Shown here piece by piece: positions 17,613-26,209 of a DNA stretch of 38,299 nt. This stretch comes from a virus (taxonomy: Duplodnaviria; Caudoviricetes): IMG/VR virus record IMGVR_UViG_3300044711_000140, positions 1 to 38,299 of that record. One strand, given 5' to 3'. The notes below the pieces were generated by a model, which did no database searches, had not been told where the DNA came from, and was given only the letters and a program-made list of their open reading frames with translations. A program made the position numbers and the translations under genes. The first letter of the stretch is position 1; each line of letters starts with the position of its first letter.

Positions 17613-17831
17613 GTGACCACCGAACGCTTCAGCCCGACCGACAACAGCCCCGAGGCCAGCGCCGCCCGCAACGTCCCCCAGAACCCGCACCCCCTCTGCC
17701 GCGACTTCGTGGAACAGCCCGAGCCCGCCGAGTTCTGGTGCGCCACCTGCCACTGGAACCGCCCCATGCACGACGACGAGGCCGCCCGGACCGCCATCGC
17801 CAACGAACTGGCCCGGCTGACCACCGCCTGA
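17613..17831 (+). CDS. Hypothetical protein
   Basis: RBS AAGGAG; C..CATC..H. Confidence 0.65.
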   Translation: MTTERFSPTDNSPEASAARNVPQNPHPLCRDFVEQPEPAEFWCATCHWNRPMHDDEAARTAIANELARLTTA

Positions 17832-17897
17832 CCCGTTGGCCGCCCCGTCACCCCCGGGGCGGCCACCCCCAACCCCCGACCAGCAAGGAGCAGCACC

Positions 17898-18170
17898 GTG
17901 CCGATCCGCCCGCACACCTGCATCACCGTGGCCTGCGACGTCTGCGGCTACGTCTACCACCAGGACGAATACACCACCCACTTCGCCAACATCGACGAAG
18001 CCCGCACCCACATCCACCGCGAAGGCTGGCTCATCACAGCCGACCGGCGCGTCTACTGCGCATCCGAAGACGACGCTCACCAGGCAGCGCACGACGCGCT
18101 CATGCCGCCCGAGCCGACAACCGTCCCGGACGGGCAGCTCACCACCCCCGTCGCTGAGGGTGCCGCATGA
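17898..18170 (+). CDS. Hypothetical zinc-binding protein (paralog of 35460..35729)
   Basis: RBS AAGGAG; CDVCG...GW...YC..H. Confidence 0.7.
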   Translation: MPIRPHTCITVACDVCGYVYHQDEYTTHFANIDEARTHIHREGWLITADRRVYCASEDDAHQAAHDALMPPEPTTVPDGQLTTPVAEGAA

Positions 18171-18493
18171 CCACCCCGCCCCCGGACCGTCCCGTGTGCG
18201 CCGGCTGCCCCGGCTGCGGCGGACCCGACTGCGCCCAGAAGCCCGAGGCCGCACACGAGCCCATGGCGGTCACGCCCCCCTGGGCTCTCTCGCCCATCCA
18301 CGAACTCCGCGCCGCTGGGTGGCGCATCCAGGGCTGGGCCGACGCCGACCCCGACGACCAGTTCGGCCCACTGCTCTCCGCATGGATCTACCGCGTCGCC
18401 CAGGACTGGGGCCCGCCCGAGTCCAGCGGACCCTACGACGCCCCGGAAGCCCTGGCTCTCGCGCGCCTGATCAACGCTGCGGAGTCACGATGA
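18167..18493 (+). CDS. Hypothetical protein
   Basis: ATGA coupling on both sides. Confidence 0.6.
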   Translation: MTTPPPDRPVCAGCPGCGGPDCAQKPEAAHEPMAVTPPWALSPIHELRAAGWRIQGWADADPDDQFGPLLSAWIYRVAQDWGPPESSGPYDAPEALALARLINAAESR

Positions 18494-18960
18494 CCACCAC
18501 CACACCCCAGCCCGGGCCGGCGGCGACCGACCCGGCACTCCAGCAGCGCATCCGCACCGCCGTCCACGCAGCCCACCGCGAATGGATGCGACCCGGCAGC
18601 GACGCCGGGCAACACCTCCTCGCCGACGCGCTCACCAACGCCGTCCTGGCCGCCCTCGCACCCGAACTCGCCCGCCTCCGCAAAGCCGAGCAGGCCGTCA
18701 ACCTCCTCGCCGGATCCCACCGCCGCGCCGAGGAGGCCGAAGCCGCGCTCACCCGCGTGCGGGAGCTCCACCAGCCCGTCACCTGGCCCGCCGAACCGCC
18801 CCAAGGCGCTGGGCCCGACGCCGAGCACTTCGACGGCCCCGTCACTGTGTGCGCCGCTGACTCTGACGACCCCCGCGGGCGCACCTACTGGACGCCGTGG
18901 CCCTGCGCGACGATCCGCGCCCTCAACACGCCCCACCCCACAGGCGACAGCACCCCCTGA
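18490..18960 (+). CDS. Hypothetical phage protein
   Basis: ATGA coupling; RVRELH...WPCATIRAL motif common in actinophages. Confidence 0.65.
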   Translation: MTTTTPQPGPAATDPALQQRIRTAVHAAHREWMRPGSDAGQHLLADALTNAVLAALAPELARLRKAEQAVNLLAGSHRRAEEAEAALTRVRELHQPVTWPAEPPQGAGPDAEHFDGPVTVCAADSDDPRGRTYWTPWPCATIRALNTPHPTGDSTP

Positions 18961-18995
18961 ACCAACCCGTGGACACCGCCCAGGTGCCCACACCC

Positions 18996-19069
18996 GCCCG
19001 GGTCGCTCAACGGCAGAAGCAGCCGCCTTAAAAGCGGATCAAGTGCGAGTTCGAATCTCGCTCCGGGCT
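18996..19069 (+). tRNA. tRNA-like gene, anticodon TAA (Leu, reads UUA), short variable region
   Basis: Acceptor GCCCGGG/TCCGGGC, D-arm GCTC-AACGGCA-GAAGC, anticodon arm GCCGC-CTTAAAA-GCGGA, T-arm GCGAG-TTCGAAT-CTCGC; no encoded CCA. Confidence 0.8.
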
Positions 19070-19102
19070 CTGCACCACCCGACACCCACCACAGAGGACA
19101 CC

Positions 19103-19306
19103 GTGACCACGCCAGCCGACGAGATAAACGCCGCCGCCGACAAGTGGCGCCGCACCCACCCCGACGACGAACTCGCCCACGCCCTCGCCGACCTCCTCGA
19201 CGCAGAAGCCCGCCACTGGGCAGCCGTCTACGTCGGCCAGCCCATGTCTGACCACGCGCACCACGCGCTGACCGTCGCCCGCCACATCAACCAGGAGCAG
19301 CAGTGA
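19103..19306 (+). CDS. Hypothetical protein
   Basis: RBS AGAGGA; ALADLLD...HALTVAR. Confidence 0.7.
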   Translation: MTTPADEINAAADKWRRTHPDDELAHALADLLDAEARHWAAVYVGQPMSDHAHHALTVARHINQEQQ

Positions 19307-19686
19307 CCGCCGAACCGCTCTGTCCGTTCTGCGAGATCGTCGCCGGAAGAGCACCCGCTGAGTGGATCCTGCAGCCGGATTACTGGCCCGACGCCGTCGC
19401 GTTCATCCCGCTCAACCCCGTCACCGAGGGCCACTGCCTCATCGTCCCCAAGATCCACGTCCGGGACTTCGCCCACGACCCCGAGGTGTTCGCCGCGACC
19501 GCCCGGCGCGCCGCCGAACTGATGCGGTGGACACCCCGGCCCATGAACGTCATCACGTCCCGGGGCCGTGAGGCGACGCAGTCGGTTTGGCATCTCCATC
19601 TGCACCTCGTGCCCCGCGCCGAGAACGACGGGCTCGCCCTGCCCTGGTACTCCGGCCGCACCCGCAAGACACCCCACCCCGCCTGA
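19303..19686 (+). CDS. HIT-family nucleotide hydrolase
   Basis: CPFCEIV, GHCLIVPK.H, QSVWHLHLHLVPR histidine triad. Confidence 0.92.
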   Translation: MTAEPLCPFCEIVAGRAPAEWILQPDYWPDAVAFIPLNPVTEGHCLIVPKIHVRDFAHDPEVFAATARRAAELMRWTPRPMNVITSRGREATQSVWHLHLHLVPRAENDGLALPWYSGRTRKTPHPA

Positions 19687-19740
19687 CCACGCCCGACGGC
19701 CGCCCGCACACCCAGGCGGCCCCAACCCGGAAGGACACCT

Positions 19741-19959
19741 GTGACCCGATACGCCTGCCGGAACTGCCGCCGCCCCATCCACTGGCTACCCGACGTCGGC
19801 TGGCTCCACGGCGAACTACCCCAATACGCAGGCGAGCCCATCACCTGCACCAACGCCCACCCCGTCTGCGAGTACAGCACCTGCGACCACCCCGACGGGC
19901 CTGACCCCGAATGCCCCTGCCGCTGCCACAAACCCGCCGCCGAGAGGACAAGGACATGA
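19741..19959 (+). CDS. Cys/His-rich hypothetical protein
   Basis: RBS AAGGA; CRNC...CPCRCH. Confidence 0.6.
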   Translation: MTRYACRNCRRPIHWLPDVGWLHGELPQYAGEPITCTNAHPVCEYSTCDHPDGPDPECPCRCHKPAAERTRT

Positions 19960-20557
19960 CCCCCGGGCCGATCACCGCGTGTCTCCGCCACGCCGACTAC
20001 CACGTCATGGACCCCGACTGCTGGGGCGTCGTCCTCGACTTCTACGACCGCAACCAGGACCTCCCCGAGCAGCAGCGCCGCGACGCCTACCAGGCCGCCG
20101 TCGAACTCCGCATCCTCGGCCAACTCCGCACCCCCGCCAGCCCGGTGGCGCCCGAGGGGAGCGGACAGCGACCGACCCGCTCACCATCATCACCGCCGTC
20201 CTGGAGGACTACGCCGGGATGCACCCCGCCACCCAAGCCCGCCACGTCGTGGAGGCGCTGCAGGGCCTGTACGTGCCGCCCCCACCCGGCTCCGACCGCG
20301 ACGCCCTCCCCGAGCACCTGCGGGAGCTGATCGCCCCGCACATGCCGCCGTACACGTCCACGTATTGCCAGACCGCCGACGCGCTCGAGGCCGCCGCCGA
20401 GCGGCGCCCGGAGGTGGCAGCCGAGCTCCGGCAGTGGGCCGAGAGGCAGCGGGCGTCCTGCCGGCTGACCAGGAAGCAGGACATGGCGCCGTGTGATCAC
20501 CCGTGGCACGGCACCAGCCGTCCGGAGGGACCCGCCGTCAGCTACCACGGCGCGTAG
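19956..20557 (+). pseudogene. Two coupled hypothetical genes (19956..20171 and 20168..20557) whose GTGA junction reads GCGA
   Basis: Coding frame switches at ~20168; RBS GAGGGGAG precedes it; a C-to-T change at 20169 restores both stop and start. Confidence 0.55.
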
Positions 20558-20707
20558 TCGCCCGCGCGCACGACAGCGCCGTTACCGAACCGCGACCACC
20601 GCCTGCTCTACAAATCGACTCCTCGACCCCAGAACAAGAGCAGAGACGCCCGTTAGAAGTCGCCCCCCGCCTGCCTAACGGCCGCGCCACCCACAACCCC
20701 ATAAACC

Positions 20708-20737
20708 GAGGCCCCCGCCAGAACCGACGGGGGCCTC
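20708..20737. terminator. Stem-loop
   Basis: gaggcccccg-N10-cgggggcctc. Confidence 0.55.
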
Positions 20738-20762
20738 ACGCTGCCCACCCCAGGGAGACTAG

Positions 20763-20858
20763 ATGAACCAGCTCACGAACGTGCTCGCCCTCGCCACCGC
20801 GATAGCCCAGTTCGCGGCCGTGCTCGCCCGCTACGTGCGCCGCGGCAGCAAGCGGTAG
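20763..20858 (+). CDS. 31-aa hydrophobic peptide with basic tail (MNQLTNVLALATAIAQFAAVLARYVRRGSKR)
   Basis: Translated by hand; RBS GGGAG; below the ORF-track cutoff. Confidence 0.5.
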   Translation: MNQLTNVLALATAIAQFAAVLARYVRRGSKR

Positions 20859-20869
20859 ACACTGGGCCC

Positions 20870-21091
20870 ATGACCCCCGCCCCGTCCCCGCTGCCCGGCT
20901 TAGCCACAGGCTCCGAGCTGGCAGCGGGGATTCCCGTTGTCGAGTGCCGGGACTGCCACAGACCGCTGATTGGCCGCGAAGCGCGCATGTGGGGGCGAGG
21001 CCGCCGCTGCCGCGGGAAGCACGGCCTCTACGGCGGCGCGCCGGCCGTGGGCCGGTTCGAGGTGGAGCAGGAGACGCTGCCGGGGGCGTGA
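20870..21091 (+). CDS. DUF6011-like small zinc-binding protein with a TTA codon
   Basis: CRDCHRPL...G.G..C; TTA at 20900-20902. Confidence 0.6.
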   Translation: MTPAPSPLPGLATGSELAAGIPVVECRDCHRPLIGREARMWGRGRRCRGKHGLYGGAPAVGRFEVEQETLPGA

Positions 21092-21098
21092 GGGGCGC

Positions 21099-21758
21099 CT
21101 ATTCCTTCACGAGTTCCGGATGGTCCCTTATGAACGCGGCGACCACGTCCGGGCTACGGCGCATCGCCGCCCGCAACTGGTTGACACGAAACTTCTCCCG
21201 CTCCCGGTCCAAGACCGCCTTGTAGCCGTCCTTGCCCGAGGTCAGGCCCTCACGGATCAGGAACTCGATCACATCTTCGAGACTCGGCCGGAACCGTTTC
21301 CCGCCGACCGGGAAGTGCAGTTTCACCATCGGCCGGCCCGGTAGTAATCCGGCCAGCACCTCGTCCTGCCCGGCGACCTGCAAGTGCGCGTCCGGGTAAT
21401 TGTCGCGCTTGTCCCGCTCGTAGTCGTAGTGGAACAGGGCGTCCTTGCCGGTCTCGGTGGGGAACACCCCGACGAACGAGCTGCGCACCGTCAGATACTG
21501 ATCCCACTGGTCCATCTGGACGCGGAAGCTCACGTCGAGCCACAGCTTCGGTGCTTTCGCCCCGATCCGCAGCGGCAGCCGCGGGGGCAGCACGTTGGTC
21601 CTCGACACTTGGTGGCCAACGACGAAGACACGCTCCGGGCCGGAGGCCGGTAACACCGCAGCACGGATCATGGCGTGCGCGCAGACAGTCTGGTTCAGGA
21701 CGGTCTGGATGTCCTCAGCGAAGCCGGTGGCTTTGCTGCGAAGAGCGTCACTGATCAA
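21099..21758 (-). CDS. Hypothetical protein, putative toxin/defence effector
   Basis: Globular sequence with FHYDYE...PDAHLQV...LHFP motif; TTA codon; overlaps the small upstream gene. Confidence 0.7.
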   Translation of the reverse strand: MISDALRSKATGFAEDIQTVLNQTVCAHAMIRAAVLPASGPERVFVVGHQVSRTNVLPPRLPLRIGAKAPKLWLDVSFRVQMDQWDQYLTVRSSFVGVFPTETGKDALFHYDYERDKRDNYPDAHLQVAGQDEVLAGLLPGRPMVKLHFPVGGKRFRPSLEDVIEFLIREGLTSGKDGYKAVLDREREKFRVNQLRAAMRRSPDVVAAFIRDHPELVKE

Positions 21759-21957
21759 GTGGGCCGCCGATCACCGACCACACGGCCTGGGCCTGCGAGG
21801 AGTCGAAGTCGTGGCGCGCGGCCTGCTCGGCGAGCTGCTCATAGGTGAAACCGATCTGCGCCAAGGCCCGATTCTTCGCGGCCTCGTACTCCTCGGGCGT
21901 CAGCTCCACGACAATGTCGTCGTCGCTGGTCCGCGGCTCGTTGACGGTCACGGTCAT
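21748..21957 (-). CDS. Small acidic protein, putative antitoxin partner
   Basis: 69 aa, acidic, overlaps the downstream gene. Confidence 0.65.
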   Translation of the reverse strand: MTVTVNEPRTSDDDIVVELTPEEYEAAKNRALAQIGFTYEQLAEQAARHDFDSSQAQAVWSVIGGPLDQ

Positions 21958-22211
21958 CGCCTACCCCCTAGACGGTATTCAGTGACCCGAGTGTGTCTCA
22001 TGGGTCTGACACTGTGCCCTACCGGCCCACGGGAGGCGACCCGCGGGACCGCTTCTGCCGGATAGTTACCCCTTACGGGTGATCGGTAGCCGCTCGCTGC
22101 CGCTTGCGTACCCCAAGTGACGTACCGCCGGTCACGATCCCGTCACGCCCCAGACGGCCGGGCGACGCCCCTGCCACGATCGCCCCCGACACAACACCCA
22201 GGGGGGATCTC

Positions 22212-22739
22212 ATGCACGCCCGCACGCCCATCACCACCAGCCTGCTCACCGCCACACTCCTACTCACCGGCTGCGGAGGGGGCCACGCCAAGTCCAGCGG
22301 GCGCCCGACGACATCCGCGGCCATCACGGCGACCCCAGCGGCGAAAGCGACCAGCACTTACCTCGGCCCGAAGGTGAAGCCGTCCACCAAATGGGTGCCC
22401 AAGCTCCGGGCCCTCAGCGACGGAAACGGCGTGTCCGACTGCCAGACCTCCGGCAGTCCCGCGTGCCTGCGCGCTATGACCGCCGCGATCACCACCTACA
22501 CCGGCATCCTGAAAGACATCACCGCGGCGGGCGCCGGCACCGAGTACAAGAAAACCGTCGCCGACATCAACCAGTACGTGCGGGCCGCAGACGCCTACCA
22601 GGCTGCCGGGTGCGCCAACGATCCGAACGCGGACATCGAGGGCTCACCGTGCTACGGCGACGCCCTGAAGGTGGCTACAGGCCCGAGCATCCTGCAGTTC
22701 GTCCTGCCCACCGACGAGCTTGGCGTCGGCGTGAGCTGA
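22212..22739 (+). CDS. Lipoprotein
   Basis: Signal peptide with lipobox LLLTG-C, S/T-rich linker, paired Cys. Confidence 0.75.
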   Translation: MHARTPITTSLLTATLLLTGCGGGHAKSSGRPTTSAAITATPAAKATSTYLGPKVKPSTKWVPKLRALSDGNGVSDCQTSGSPACLRAMTAAITTYTGILKDITAAGAGTEYKKTVADINQYVRAADAYQAAGCANDPNADIEGSPCYGDALKVATGPSILQFVLPTDELGVGVS

Positions 22740-22772
22740 CCACCCACCCGCGGGGGCGGTTCCGGGGCTCGT

Positions 22773-23102
22773 CTACGCCTCCCACAGGTGCGTGCAGGCG
22801 AGGCAGATCTGCTGCCGGCCCCAGCGGTCCCGGGCCTGGTCGGCGAGCACGATGCGGCCGTGCGCCACCCAGGCCCCGACCGCGCCCACGGCCAAGGCGA
22901 GCAGGCCGAGCGCGACGGTGCCCGTCACCGCCAAGACGGCGCCCAGGACCGCTACCAGGGACAGGATCAGCCGGGCCCGGCCATCCGCCACCGCCGGCTG
23001 CGCGTACTTGACGCGGTTCGGCGCGTCCTTCCCCAAGCCGTCCACGTACAGCGGCAGCGACTGCACATTCGTGCTGCCACACGCCTTACTCGGACACTGC
23101 AC
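22773..23102 (-). CDS. Two-TM membrane protein with split zinc ribbon
   Basis: CPSKACGS N-terminus, two hydrophobic helices, CLAC C-terminus; RBS GGAGG. Confidence 0.7.
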   Translation of the reverse strand: MQCPSKACGSTNVQSLPLYVDGLGKDAPNRVKYAQPAVADGRARLILSLVAVLGAVLAVTGTVALGLLALAVGAVGAWVAHGRIVLADQARDRWGRQQICLACTHLWEA

Positions 23103-23182
23103 CCGAAACCCCCTCCACTCGAAGACGCCAGCCTGCCGCACGGACAGCCCGGACGGCGAGGGGGAAACCGGACACGACGAAA

Positions 23183-23208
23183 GGCCGGGCGGCGCAAACC
23201 GCCCGGCC
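23183..23208 (-). terminator. Intrinsic terminator after the BRO gene
   Basis: ggccgggcgg-cgcaaa-ccgcccggcc followed by TTTCGT on the minus strand. Confidence 0.7.
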
Positions 23209-23221
23209 CTCGCCTACCGGA

Positions 23222-24001
23222 TCAGGCACTCAGCTCCTGCTGACCACCCGACTCGAACGCGCGGATCAGGTCCACCATCCCCGCGTAGATCTGCTCCAAC
23301 AGCGGCCGGTCGTCTGCCGTGTAGACGGCGACCTTGTCGATCCGTGACCCCGCCGGGCCTGGGATCTTCTCAGGCCGACGCCCGTGCCGCTTGAAGTAGG
23401 CATTTGACACCCGGGCACCGAACCCGGACTGGAACTTCGCCACCGTCGCCGGCCGGTGCCCCTGCTCCGCCAGGAACGTCGCCGCGTACAGCGGCGTCTC
23501 CGCCGGGTCGAGCTCCGGCCGATCACCCATCGCCCGGGCAATTATGATCTTCGCCGTTGCCGTGGCGTAGTGCCCCGGAAGGAATGGCCCCAAGATCACA
23601 AGCAGTTCAGCCTGCTCCTTCGGCGGTCGGACCCCCAGCGAAGAGGAGAGCTCACGCGGCTCAGGGGCCGCGGGCGCCTCGTATCGGCCTGTCTTGCGGA
23701 TCGCGGGAATAACCTCGTGGGTGATCCAGCGCTTGAATGCCTTTGCCTGCGGCTTTCGGCTCCGGAGGATCAGGGAGTACAAGCCGGGTTCGTTGACTGT
23801 GGCCAGTTCCTGCGGACCACCAGGGGTGTCAGCAATCGTGACACCCTTCTCATCGTCATCCAGGTGACTCAGCGCCTGCCGGCTGTTGCTGTGCTGCAGG
23901 ACACCGCACACGTCGACGGCGACCCACCACGGCTCTCCGTCGACCGAGATCACCCGCACCGGCTGTCCGGTCTCCGGAAACTCGAAGGGCTTAATGCTCA
24001 C
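23222..24001 (-). CDS. BRO-N domain antirepressor-like protein
   Basis: VRVISVDGEPWWVAVDVC...DTPGGPQ...VNEPGLYSLILRSRKPQAKAFKRWITHEVIPAIRKTGRY. Confidence 0.92.
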   Translation of the reverse strand: MSIKPFEFPETGQPVRVISVDGEPWWVAVDVCGVLQHSNSRQALSHLDDDEKGVTIADTPGGPQELATVNEPGLYSLILRSRKPQAKAFKRWITHEVIPAIRKTGRYEAPAAPEPRELSSSLGVRPPKEQAELLVILGPFLPGHYATATAKIIIARAMGDRPELDPAETPLYAATFLAEQGHRPATVAKFQSGFGARVSNAYFKRHGRRPEKIPGPAGSRIDKVAVYTADDRPLLEQIYAGMVDLIRAFESGGQQELSA

Positions 24002-24456
24002 CGTGCGCCGCCCACATGCTGCGCGACGGCCGCGACGAGCTGCGCGTGGACCCGGTCGAGGCGGTTGCAGTGGGCGCGGATGCGGGCGATGACCGTGGCG
24101 AACTCGTCGGGCGTCAGGCCCTCCATGACCTCGCCCTCCCACGGCTCGAACGCCACATGAGGCACGTTCCGGGCCGGGTTCGTGCTGTACGGGTCGACAC
24201 GAACACTCGCGGCCAGGATCGGCATCGCCACCGCCACCGGCTCCCCGTCATCCCAGTGATCGAACACCGCGACGTCCATCGCCACGCCGGCGCCACTGTG
24301 GAACAGGTCGTCCAGGTCACTCCGCTGGTGCTGCACATGGGAGAGCACACAGTAGGCCGGGCACGCCTCCACGATCTGGCCGCCACCGGAGATACGGCGC
24401 AACCATGTGCGAGGAAGGCGTGAGGCGACGGCTGGGGGCTCATGCGTTACGCTCAA
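23998..24456 (-). CDS. DUF6907-like hypothetical protein
   Basis: CPAYCVLSH...H motif, LTPDE...; TTG start with GGAG RBS. Confidence 0.6.
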   Translation of the reverse strand: MSVTHEPPAVASRLPRTWLRRISGGGQIVEACPAYCVLSHVQHQRSDLDDLFHSGAGVAMDVAVFDHWDDGEPVAVAMPILAASVRVDPYSTNPARNVPHVAFEPWEGEVMEGLTPDEFATVIARIRAHCNRLDRVHAQLVAAVAQHVGGAR

Positions 24457-24557
24457 CGTGATTCTCCAATGCTTGGGTGGATCACTGATCAGCGGGTGCA
24501 ACCGCTGGTTGAACGGCCGGGGTAGGCGCCCCGGCCGTTCACGTTTCCACGCTAGCC

Positions 24558-24575
24558 GCACATTGCGCAATGTGC
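24558..24575. promoter_or_regulatory. Perfect 18-bp palindrome, operator candidate
   Basis: GCACATTGCGCAATGTGC between divergent genes; related GATGCAC-ATC-GTGCATC at 24616-24632. Confidence 0.6.
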
Positions 24576-24640
24576 AAGGAATGCGCAACGAGCGCTCCGC
24601 GTGACTGGTCAGATCGATGCACATCGTGCATCATGAGCGC

Positions 24641-25153
24641 ATGGAACAGGACTGGCGACGGCTCGGAGAGGCAATCAAGCGCGACCGCATGCGACTCGGT
24701 ATGACGCAGGATGACCTGGCAAGAGCGGCTGAGATCTCCCGCCGAAGCATCGCCTCCTTGGAAAACGGACGCGAAGCGAGCCGTACCCCTCCTTCCCTCG
24801 CCAAGGTTGCGCACGTCCTCGGCTGGCCCCCGGAGCGGGCCGCTGCGATTCTCCAGGGACAGGAAGAGCTGGAAGGCCCGCGCGAGTCAGTCCGCGGACA
24901 CGGGCTCGTGGCCCTCTATCCTTCAGATCGCAGGCTCATGGATCGGCTTCCGCTGCGCGTGGCCGAGGAATTGGACTCAGGGTCCGTGATCGACACAGAC
25001 GTCATCGAACTTGCCGAGGGCGGCATGCGCGTGGTCGTCGTCCTCAAGAGCGATGACGATGTGAACCGTGAACAGATTCGCGAAGCCATGTCCACCTGGG
25101 GCGACGTTCAACGTGCCCTTCGTGCTGTTATCGGGACTCCAACCCGGTCGTGA
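24641..25153 (+). CDS. XRE-family HTH transcriptional regulator
   Basis: RLGEAIKRDRMRLGMTQDDLARAAEISRRSIASLENG. Confidence 0.88.
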   Translation: MEQDWRRLGEAIKRDRMRLGMTQDDLARAAEISRRSIASLENGREASRTPPSLAKVAHVLGWPPERAAAILQGQEELEGPRESVRGHGLVALYPSDRRLMDRLPLRVAEELDSGSVIDTDVIELAEGGMRVVVVLKSDDDVNREQIREAMSTWGDVQRALRAVIGTPTRS

Positions 25154-25541
25154 GTGCCCCGTCCAGGTACGCCTGTACGGGCTCGAACAGTCCATAGGGC
25201 ACGTGGGCTGGGATCTCGTGGTGCTTGATCCAAGCGATTTCGGCGATCTCTTCGTCATCGAGGACAGCCGGCTCGCCTTCCAGGGCTGTGCAGGCTGTGT
25301 AGACCATGGCTCGGCCGGTCTTCGGGTGGACACGCTCCCCGAGCACCCGGTCAGCCTCGACCGTCAGCCCGACCTCTTCGGCTACTTCCCGCACTGCGGC
25401 CTGCTCCGCCGTCTCGCCCTCCTCCACTGCGCCGCCGGGGAACGCCCACAGCAGTTCGCCTTCCTTCTGCCGGCGGCGGATCATCAGGACGGCCCCGTCT
25501 CGGGTGATGATCGCCATGGAGATGACGGGCTGGTCGGTCAT
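25128..25541 (-). CDS. NUDIX hydrolase
   Basis: Canonical box GGAVEEGETAEQAAVREVAEEVG. Confidence 0.92.
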   Translation of the reverse strand: MTDQPVISMAIITRDGAVLMIRRRQKEGELLWAFPGGAVEEGETAEQAAVREVAEEVGLTVEADRVLGERVHPKTGRAMVYTACTALEGEPAVLDDEEIAEIAWIKHHEIPAHVPYGLFEPVQAYLDGALTTGLESR

Positions 25542-26176
25542 GCTGCCTCCTGTAGAGCAGTGAGCACCGGCGGGTAGATCCGCTCGGGCGGGATGAAACG
25601 GCCGAGCGCCGCAAGGGGCGCCCAGGCGACGTCCAGGTTCTCGATCGGATCGGCGTTAGTGGCGTCGCCAGCGAGGTAGTCGCAGAGCACGTAGTCGGCG
25701 AGGACGCCGGTCACGGGGTGGAGGCGGGAGCCGAGGCGTTCCCGGACGGCTACCCGGACGCCGGTCTCACCCAGCGTCTCGGCCACTGCCACGGCCTCGG
25801 CGCTTCGTCCGGGCTTGACGACGCCAGCGGGAAACTGCCAGGTGATCGCGTCGTCCCCACGGCGGCACACCAGCAGCACCTCCGTGCCGCGCACTACTAC
25901 GGCGATTGCCACCCGCAGCGCCTGGACTGTCGGCGCGGCCACGGTCGGCCGGGACAGGAGCGCGAATCGCTGCCGCACCTGCTCACCTGCCCTCTCGTAT
26001 GCCGTGTCCAACGCGGCCTGGATCTCTGCGCGCGGCACCACATCGGGCTGCGCGTGCCAGCCGGCCACCGTGCGGACCGCGACTCCGAGCCTGTCGGCGA
26101 ACCCCTCGTTCGTCAGGCGCAGGGCCTCCTGGAGAGCGCAGGCTGAGCTGCCGGTCCAGGTGCTGACGACGTCCAT
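25538..26176 (-). CDS. HTH-NUDIX fusion (degenerate NUDIX box)
   Basis: N-terminal LRLTNEGFADRLGVAVRTVAGW HTH; C-terminal WQFPAGVVKPGRSAEAVAVAETLGETG. Confidence 0.85.
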   Translation of the reverse strand: MDVVSTWTGSSACALQEALRLTNEGFADRLGVAVRTVAGWHAQPDVVPRAEIQAALDTAYERAGEQVRQRFALLSRPTVAAPTVQALRVAIAVVVRGTEVLLVCRRGDDAITWQFPAGVVKPGRSAEAVAVAETLGETGVRVAVRERLGSRLHPVTGVLADYVLCDYLAGDATNADPIENLDVAWAPLAALGRFIPPERIYPPVLTALQEAA

Positions 26177-26209
26177 GTTGGGCCCCCTCGGTACCGCTGG
26201 GCGGGGAGT

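Noticed and set aside
18996-19069. tRNA as an integration site remnant
   Set aside because: It lies within a phage operon, and I saw no duplicated 3' end or integrase in the window
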